A stretch of DNA of 15,111 nucleotides, taken from positions 1-15,111 of the forward strand of contig JAYNIA010000057.1 of NCBI GenBank assembly GCA_038108555.1. The letters run 5' to 3'. The DNA comes from Nitrospinota bacterium (GTDB lineage: Bacteria; Nitrospinota; Nitrospinia; Nitrospinales; VA-1). The position numbers were made by a program, and so were the translations under genes. The notes below the pieces were generated by a model, which was not told the DNA's origin, did no database searches, and saw only the letters and a program-made list of their open reading frames with translations. Positions 1 to 6,027 of this stretch are shown piece by piece. The number at the start of each line of letters is the position of its first letter. The first letter of the stretch is position 1.

Positions 1-651
1 GGCTGCAAACTTGGGAAATCTGGGAGCATCCAGAGGGTTATGATGATGAGCGGCTGCTTCTGCCATAAATTCGGGGAGCCTCCAGCTATATAACAATTGT
101 CCTCCAACCTGGGCATGAGAAAAGCCCAACTCTTCCTGCTCTACCTGGTAAAGATGTCTGCCCAGATACTCAGCCCGACTTAAACAAGTTCTGGTTATGG
201 CTACCGCTTGCTGACACAAAACCAGGCTTCCGATATCATGGAGCAACCCAAGTAAATAAAACTTCTCTGTATTGGTCTCGCCAAATAAAGCAGTTATTTC
301 TTTAACCAACAATCCACAAACAATATTGTGCTTCCAAAAATTATCAAGGCTTAAGAGGTCTTTAGGAATCCCATTAAATTTACTCATGACAATGGTTGCG
401 AGCGCCAGATCACCCAATTTATCAATCCCCAGTATATTTAATGCATGGGTGATTGAATCGACTTTTCCAGACAAGCCATAAAACGAGCTATTTACAATTT
501 TTAAAATTCTTCCAGATAGACCGGAGTCTGCCCGAATAATTTCTGCAAAATCCTGGAAAGTACTTTCCGGATTTTGAGTAGCGTCTTTAAGTTTGTGATA
601 TACAGCAGGTGGAGAGGCAACCTCCTGAGTTAATATATCTTCAATCTGCAT
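1..651 (-). CDS. HDOD-domain (HD-related output domain) signal-transduction protein, 3' end runs off the window
   Basis: Absent from the ORF track because it has no stop inside the window. Manual translation from ATG at 651 is open for 217 codons: MQIEDILTQEVASPPAVYHKL...IIRADSGLSGRILKIVNSSFYGLSGKVDSITHALNILG...FWKHNIVCG...YLLGLLHDIGSLVL...EQEELGFSHAQVGGQLLYSWRLPE...AHHHNP. The motifs D..L..R.L..NS..YG, FW.H, GLLHDIG, G..HA.VG and W.LP are HDOD hallmarks. Confidence 0.9.
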   Translation of the reverse strand, partial: MQIEDILTQEVASPPAVYHKLKDATQNPESTFQDFAEIIRADSGLSGRILKIVNSSFYGLSGKVDSITHALNILGIDKLGDLALATIVMSKFNGIPKDLLSLDNFWKHNIVCGLLVKEITALFGETNTEKFYLLGLLHDIGSLVLCQQAVAITRTCLSRAEYLGRHLYQVEQEELGFSHAQVGGQLLYSWRLPEFMAEAAAHHHNPLDAPRFPKFAA

Positions 652-704
652 CTGGCACCCCCCCAAAAAAAAAATATCGGACTGGTAATATTGTCTAGCC
701 TAAC

Positions 705-1508
705 TCATAAAGGGCCTGGAAACAACTCGGAGGTCCGCCCAAGCAACCAGTAATAAACCAGTCCTATCCATTCATAGATTGTGTTTGATGCACCAATAAT
801 TGGGGACAATCGTGGAAGATTCAGCCCAAATTCCACTTTTCCAGTAGTTTTATAATCTACTGGGTAAGGAATAACCTGCCAACCCAATTTTCGAAAAATA
901 CCTACCGATCGAGCCATATGCCAGGCTGACGTGATCAAAATCCATTTTTCTCCCTTTTGCGGTTTCGCAAGTTTTAAGGAATTTTGAGCATTCTCCATAG
1001 TATTTCTTGATTGGGAATCAAAAATCACTCGATCCGGATTCAGACCCATTTGCTCAAAAAATAATTTTGCAGTAAAAGCTGCCTTATATTCCTGAGCAGA
1101 TAAAGCCCCCTGTCCTCCCGCATAGACCAGCTTTGCATCTGGAAACCTTCTTGAAAGACTAATAAAAGTGGTTAAACGTTCGACAGAGTCCGCGAGACTA
1201 ACTTGGCCTCTGATTTTGGTAAGGGTAGGAATTTCCGAGCCACCCAGGACAATCATTCCATCAATCTTTTCCGGGAGAGGCTCAGGAATGGGAAACCGGT
1301 TCTCAAGAGGAACCAGCAACATGTCATTAATGGGTATTAAGCTAAAAAGTAAAATGACAGCGGTGGAAAAAACCACCAACTTCTTTCCAATCTTTTCCCG
1401 GCCAATCAATAACAAAAACACTCCCAAGAGAAGAATCAGAAACAAACTTGTATTTGGAGAAAATATTAACCAAAAGACTTTAGAAATGATCCAAAACAAG
1501 GTGTCCAC
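705..1508 (-). CDS. YdcF/DUF218 (ElyC/SanA-like) membrane protein
   Basis: 267 aa, GTG start with AGGAG RBS. Two N-terminal TM helices, then IVLGG, ER(L), SRNT.ENA, LITSAWHM.RS, YPVDY and C-terminal YEWIGL.YY motifs typical of DUF218. Confidence 0.9.
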   Translation of the reverse strand: MDTLFWIISKVFWLIFSPNTSLFLILLLGVFLLLIGREKIGKKLVVFSTAVILLFSLIPINDMLLVPLENRFPIPEPLPEKIDGMIVLGGSEIPTLTKIRGQVSLADSVERLTTFISLSRRFPDAKLVYAGGQGALSAQEYKAAFTAKLFFEQMGLNPDRVIFDSQSRNTMENAQNSLKLAKPQKGEKWILITSAWHMARSVGIFRKLGWQVIPYPVDYKTTGKVEFGLNLPRLSPIIGASNTIYEWIGLVYYWLLGRTSELFPGPL

Positions 1509-1663
1509 TCAAACTCTCCTTGAAAAGAAGTAAAAACCAACCCAAGCTAACAAACAAATCCTTCTAACTCAATGATTTAATAGGACAAAACAAATTCTCC
1601 CCCGGCCATTTTTTACCTATCGCTTTGTAAGGATTTCCGGAACCTTCCGACAAAAAAATTAAT

Positions 1664-1689
1664 TCTATATAAATATTTCTTTATATAGA
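1664..1689. promoter_or_regulatory. 12-2-12 inverted repeat, putative ArsR/SmtB-type operator overlapping the arsM promoter
   Basis: TCTATATAAATA-TT-TCTTTATATAGA, 11/12 symmetric (perfect 10-6-10). It overlaps a candidate sigma70 promoter (TTCCGA 1645-1650, 17 nt spacer, TATAAA 1668-1673) and lies about 95 nt upstream of the arsM start. Confidence 0.55.
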
Positions 1690-1784
1690 TGCCATTTTGT
1701 ATAGAATATAAAGCTTTAAATGGTTTTTTTTTCAAAGAGGGAAGTAAATTTCTTCTACTCTTTTTCGCGTTCAGGAGATTTATT

Positions 1785-2840
1785 GTGAAAACCAGCACTG
1801 AAGTTCGTGAGGATGTTCAAGAGTACTACGGTAAAATTTTAAAAACCAAAAACGATTTGCAAACCAGTGCCTGCTGTGTAGCAGACACGATGCCAGACTA
1901 TCTTCGGGCCTATTTGCCAAATATACATGAAGAGGTTCAGTCTCGCTTTTACGGGTGCGCCTCTACTTTTCCAACAGGACTCTATGGAAAAACTGTGGTT
2001 GACCTCGGTTGTGGATCGGGACGGGACTGTTATCTTTTAGCACAAGTTGTGGGTCCAGAAGGCCTTGTCATAGGGGTGGATATGACGGAAGAACAATTGG
2101 CTGTAGCCAGAAAACATGTCACCTATCACACCAACAAATTCAATCTAGACAAACCCAATGTAGATTTTAGGAAAGGGTGGATCGAAGATCTTTCCACCGC
2201 TAACCTCGAGGACAACTCGGTGGACGTTGTAATTTCCAACTGTGTTATCAATCTCTCCCCTGACAAAGAAAGTGTTTTCAGAGAAATCTTTCGTGTATTA
2301 AAACCCGGTGGTGAACTCTATCTTTCAGATATTTTTACCGGCCGACGGGTTCCAGAACCACTCACCAAAGACCCGGTTTTATTGGGAGAATGTCTGGGGG
2401 GGGCTCTATATACAGAAGATTTTAGACGCTTGCTTGCCAAAGTAGGCTGTTTGGATGTTAGAACCATTTCTAAAACACCCATTACATTAAACAATGAAGA
2501 TATCCAACGCAAAGCGGGGATGATCGACTTTTACTCTATGACTGTAAGAAGCTTCAATTGTGATTTTGAAGATATCTGCGAAAACTTTGGTCATGTCGCC
2601 TATTATCAAGGGTCCATTCCTGAATTCCCACACGGATTTACCCTGGACAATCACCATTATTTCCAAACGGGAGTCCCAGTTCCAATTTGCGGAAACACTT
2701 ATAAAATGCTTAATGAATCACGGTTCTCAGAGCATTTCAAATTAACCGGAAATTTCTCCACCCATTATGGTCCGTTTGACTGCAGTGTCGTGACCCAACA
2801 AGAGGGGATTCCTTCCAATGGAAACGGGGCCTGTTGCTAG
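1785..2840 (+). CDS. arsM: Arsenite S-adenosylmethionine methyltransferase (AS3MT/ArsM type)
   Basis: Start reassigned to GTG 1785 (AGGAG RBS at 1773-1777, in frame with the 1689 ORF), giving 351 aa. Motifs: VQEYYGK.L....DLQTSACC, IHEEV..RFYGC, SAM motif I VDLGCGSGRDCY, GVDMT, VISNCVINL, LKPGGELY.SD, GECLGGALY and C-terminal CC. All four As-binding Cys positions known from AS3MT/CmArsM appear present. Confidence 0.88.
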   Translation: MKTSTEVREDVQEYYGKILKTKNDLQTSACCVADTMPDYLRAYLPNIHEEVQSRFYGCASTFPTGLYGKTVVDLGCGSGRDCYLLAQVVGPEGLVIGVDMTEEQLAVARKHVTYHTNKFNLDKPNVDFRKGWIEDLSTANLEDNSVDVVISNCVINLSPDKESVFREIFRVLKPGGELYLSDIFTGRRVPEPLTKDPVLLGECLGGALYTEDFRRLLAKVGCLDVRTISKTPITLNNEDIQRKAGMIDFYSMTVRSFNCDFEDICENFGHVAYYQGSIPEFPHGFTLDNHHYFQTGVPVPICGNTYKMLNESRFSEHFKLTGNFSTHYGPFDCSVVTQQEGIPSNGNGACC

Positions 2841-2857
2841 AATTAAATTAGGAGTAA

Positions 2858-2881
2858 CCCAAGGGGCGAAAGTCCCTTGGG
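2858..2881 (+). other. GC-rich stem-loop with GAAA (GNRA) tetraloop downstream of arsM; REP-like element, mRNA stabiliser or atypical terminator
   Basis: CCCAAGGGGC-GAAA-GTCCCTTGGG: 10-bp stem with one G-U pair, 17 nt after the arsM stop, no immediate U-tract. Confidence 0.5.
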
Positions 2882-3014
2882 GGAACCGGTAGGATTTTCC
2901 TCCCAAAGAATAATATTTTCCCTTTTCATCCCTTCTCCTCACCCCTTTTTCACATCCTGGCCTGAAACAGGCTGAAAATTCGGCAATAATCTGCCATCAC
3001 TTCAAAATACTTTT

Positions 3015-3030
3015 TGGCATAAAGATTGCT
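3015..3030 (+). promoter_or_regulatory. Sigma54 (-24/-12) promoter
   Basis: TGGCAT-AAAGA-TTGCT matches TGGCAC-N5-TTGCW with exact GG-N10-GC spacing, 45 nt upstream of the ATG at 3076. Confidence 0.7.
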
Positions 3031-3075
3031 CTTTAAAAGGCCGTTATTAATACAAAACCTTTAAGGGGAGTCATA

Positions 3076-4332
3076 ATGCGAGAACGTTCTGGAAAATCGA
3101 TTGCTTATAAACTTGCACTAATTTTGTTTGCTATGATTCTGTTTCCCCGACCGGGTTTCAGCGAACAAGAACCCATGACCACCCTAGGGCAACTTATAAA
3201 AACCATTTCCTACTCGCAACCGGAAAACCCTTTCATTCCAAATGAATCAGAATCCATGTCCCCGGAAAATTTATTTTCTTTTATTCAAACTAAAATGAGC
3301 AATAAGGGAATTCACTTGCTGGAGGGAAAAGATATGGAAACCCCTCTTTCAAATCTGGAGTTTCTTAATATTGTTTATGCATTTTCTGGAGGCCCCCAAA
3401 ACTCAAACCTGATAAATAAAAAACTTTTTTTAAAAAAGAATGGTTTTATTTCTTCTACAGATATTGGTTTGGCAACTGAAATAAAGGGCAGCGTAACCCA
3501 ATACCACCAAAATTCTTCTTTTGGAAAACCGATTACCCTTGCTTCACCCCTTTTCCAGTTTGACGAAATCCGCACCGAGCGCAAAAGCCGCGTTGCTTTT
3601 ACTCTGGATGATGAAAGTCGAGTGATTTTAGGCGGTTCTACAAACATCTCGATGGATAAAAACATATACAATCCAGAAAACAGGTTTAGAAAAATGCTTT
3701 TTCACCTGACGGAAGGAATGGCCCACTTTGTAGTTTCAAAAGCGATGAAAAAAGGTTCTACTTTTGCAGTGGTAACTCCAAATGGAATAGCGGGGGTACG
3801 TGGTACAGAATTCGTTACCATAGTAGAACCTGGGGGAAAGACCCGTTTCGTAGTACTGGAAGGTAAAATAGAAACCGCACCGATACTGTCCAGGGGAAGG
3901 CTGGGAGTCCGTACGTTTATAGGGGCCGGTGAGATGCAAACATTAAGTGAAAAGGGCCGGGCTTCTATTGTCCAGAAAGCACCAAAGAAACTTCTCGACC
4001 GGTTACAAAAAAATTCGATCGTTAAAAAGAAACTTAACCATCCAAAACTTTTGAGAAAATCCAGCTTGCCTAACAAAAAACTGGATTCAAACAAAAGGAC
4101 AAAAAAAGCAAAAACCGATTTCAAACAAAATGGAATGGCTCAGGACGCATTAAAACAGGCTTGGACAGGAAAGCGAAATCCAATGCCCTCTTCCATAGAC
4201 CGGGACACACTAAAACCTTTTAAAAATATCTCCAATCCCTCCCAACTGGATCGTTTCAAATCTAATTACCAGAAACGCATACCATCTCAAGCCTTAAACC
4301 AGATGAAACGACAAGCCCAGATTCATCCCTAA
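3076..4332 (+). CDS. Exported FecR-domain protein with Lys-rich low-complexity C-terminal tail
   Basis: 418 aa, GGGGAG RBS. Sec-type signal peptide (..LILFAMILFPRPGFS-E). FecR-fold motifs: DEIRT..SR..FTLDDES.V.LG..T, L.EG, F.V.TPNG.AGVRGTEF, VLEG. About 110 aa basic tail. Confidence 0.8.
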   Translation: MRERSGKSIAYKLALILFAMILFPRPGFSEQEPMTTLGQLIKTISYSQPENPFIPNESESMSPENLFSFIQTKMSNKGIHLLEGKDMETPLSNLEFLNIVYAFSGGPQNSNLINKKLFLKKNGFISSTDIGLATEIKGSVTQYHQNSSFGKPITLASPLFQFDEIRTERKSRVAFTLDDESRVILGGSTNISMDKNIYNPENRFRKMLFHLTEGMAHFVVSKAMKKGSTFAVVTPNGIAGVRGTEFVTIVEPGGKTRFVVLEGKIETAPILSRGRLGVRTFIGAGEMQTLSEKGRASIVQKAPKKLLDRLQKNSIVKKKLNHPKLLRKSSLPNKKLDSNKRTKKAKTDFKQNGMAQDALKQAWTGKRNPMPSSIDRDTLKPFKNISNPSQLDRFKSNYQKRIPSQALNQMKRQAQIHP

Positions 4333-4382
4333 ACAAATCTGGCTTTAAAATTTCCAACCCGTCCTTTCTCAAGGCCAGCCCT

Positions 4383-4391
4383 TGCTATAAT
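4383..4391 (+). promoter_or_regulatory. Extended -10 sigma70 promoter (TGnTATAAT)
   Basis: TG-C-TATAAT, 28 nt upstream of the ATG at 4420; RBS GGAGAGGA follows. Confidence 0.5.
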
Positions 4392-4419
4392 AATCCTATA
4401 CTTTTTTTGGAGAGGAAGA

Positions 4420-4695
4420 ATGGCCAGCAGGTATCTGGATATTTTGTGCGGAAAATGTGGAGGCTTTATTTTGCGTTACCGGAAGGAAGGTTCAGGACAG
4501 TTGATTCGACTGTATCTGGATAAAATACTGGAGCCCAAATCGTTAGCTTCCCTAAAGTCCCTTGGAAGCAAATCCAATCTCCCTCCATTGGTTTGTTCCG
4601 ATTGCAACCATCCCATTGGACATCCCATGGAACACCAGGGAACCAGGTTAGCCTACCGAATGATTAAAGGCTCGTTCAAAAAATCCCCAAACTGA
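4420..4695 (+). CDS. Small putative zinc-ribbon protein (CxxC...CxxC), function unknown
   Basis: 91 aa, strong RBS. CGKC and CSDC pairs with an LRY.KEG.G.L.RLY.D.I core; fills the gap between flanking genes. Confidence 0.75.
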   Translation: MASRYLDILCGKCGGFILRYRKEGSGQLIRLYLDKILEPKSLASLKSLGSKSNLPPLVCSDCNHPIGHPMEHQGTRLAYRMIKGSFKKSPN

Positions 4696-4721
4696 TTGTT
4701 ACAACTATATTCAGATATGGA

Positions 4722-5987
4722 TTAAGCATCCAACGTCAGGTTGCCTTTAGGAACGGCAATACAAGCCAGGCAAGACCCTTCTTCTGGTGGGGAACCCGGC
4801 TCACCCACGTAGGTCACTTCACCATTTTTAATGGCCGTGAGACAGGTACCACAATTTCCCGCACGGCAACCCGAATCCAAAGGGATGCCATTTTTCTCAG
4901 CGAATTCCAACAGCGAGGTGGCACTTGGATTCCAGGCAAGAATTTTTCCTGACTTGGTAAAGCGAATATCAATTTTGGGAGCCTGCTCTTTATCAGAATC
5001 AGTTTTACATTTTTTAACAGTAGCCGGTCCAAAAGCTTCAAAGTGGATATTGGCTTTTGGGACTCCCCAGGAAGCCAAGTCGGCACGCAAATCCTTTACC
5101 ATTGGAGGTGGTGCGCATATGTAAAAATCATAATTGCTGGAAGGCAAAAACGGTTTGAAGTTTTCAACCGTAACTCTTCCTTCCACATCATAGTCTGTGC
5201 CCTTTACATCTGATTCTTCCGGAGAACTGTAAAAAATCTTTAAATTCACATTGTTATTTTCTTTGGCAACGTTTTCAAGATGCTCCTTCATTACATGCTC
5301 TTTTTTATTTCTGACTCCAAGAAAAAACCAGATTTCCCTTTGGGATTCAATTTCTACCAGTGCATTTAACATACTAAGAAGCGGGGTAATTCCAACACCG
5401 CCGGCAAGTAATACAATGGGACTTTTTTCAGTCATGTTTAGACAAAAATGGCCGCTCGGGGCTTTAACATCGACGATGTCATGTTCGTTTAAATTGTCAT
5501 GAAAATAGTTGGATGCCAGGCCTGCAGGGGCATTCGGCTCATCTCTGGGAGGAAGAACCCTTTTAATTGAAACTCGATAGCGCTCAGGATGATAAGGGCT
5601 GTCAGATAACGAATAGCAACGAACTACTGGTTGTGCTTGCCCTTGAATATGCAATTGAAAAGTCAGGTACTGTCCCGGGATAAAGCCAGGCAGCGGTTTT
5701 CCATCATGGGGAGCTAGATAGAAAGAAGTTATGTCATGCGTTTCTTTAACTTTTGAAGCAATGCGAAACTTTCTAAATCCATTCCAGGAGCGCCTTGCCC
5801 TCTCATCCTCAAGCCGTTTGGCTTCCATGATTTGTTCAACGCGAGCCTTTAACAACTCTGATTCCAGATTTGTTCTATCCTGGTTGATTGCCAACGCACG
5901 GGAATTATTTGCAATAAGAATCAGCACATAGGCCACAAGGCTTAAAAGAAATACCAACGCGATAAAACTGATAGCGATATTTAACAA
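4722..5987 (-). CDS. Membrane-anchored FAD/NAD(P)H-binding FNR-like reductase with C-terminal [2Fe-2S] ferredoxin (PDR/PaaE/Hcr-type architecture)
   Basis: TTG start with AGGAGGAGG RBS, 421 aa. N-terminal TM helix plus charged helical linker. Motifs: PGQYL, RCYSLS (FAD), GLAS, P.G.F, AGGVGITP (NAD), YICAP, HFEAFG, then CRAGNCGTC...LAC (plant-type [2Fe-2S]). Confidence 0.9.
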   Translation of the reverse strand: MLNIAISFIALVFLLSLVAYVLILIANNSRALAINQDRTNLESELLKARVEQIMEAKRLEDERARRSWNGFRKFRIASKVKETHDITSFYLAPHDGKPLPGFIPGQYLTFQLHIQGQAQPVVRCYSLSDSPYHPERYRVSIKRVLPPRDEPNAPAGLASNYFHDNLNEHDIVDVKAPSGHFCLNMTEKSPIVLLAGGVGITPLLSMLNALVEIESQREIWFFLGVRNKKEHVMKEHLENVAKENNNVNLKIFYSSPEESDVKGTDYDVEGRVTVENFKPFLPSSNYDFYICAPPPMVKDLRADLASWGVPKANIHFEAFGPATVKKCKTDSDKEQAPKIDIRFTKSGKILAWNPSATSLLEFAEKNGIPLDSGCRAGNCGTCLTAIKNGEVTYVGEPGSPPEEGSCLACIAVPKGNLTLDA

Positions 5988-6027
5988 AATCCTCCTCCTT
6001 TAGACAACATGACTTTTCTATAAAAAA

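Noticed and set aside
1689..1784. 32-aa N-terminal extension of the methyltransferase in the ORF track
   Set aside because: No RBS, it overlaps the promoter/operator region, and its composition is Phe-rich and non-homologous. GTG 1785 has an AGGAG RBS and matches where the family begins.
272..1798. Short ORFs 272-481(+), 1168-1533(+) and 1613-1798(-)
   Set aside because: Antisense shadows of the HDOD and DUF218 genes or AT-rich intergenic sequence, with no motifs.
2838..2881. Possible stop-codon recoding (TAG plus downstream hairpin) at the end of arsM
   Set aside because: An in-frame TAA follows after one codon, and the protein already ends in the family-typical CC.
4373..4385. Second sigma54-like site (GG...TTGC) upstream of the 91-aa gene
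   Set aside because: Spacing is GG-N9-GC rather than the required N10; an extended -10 explains the site better.
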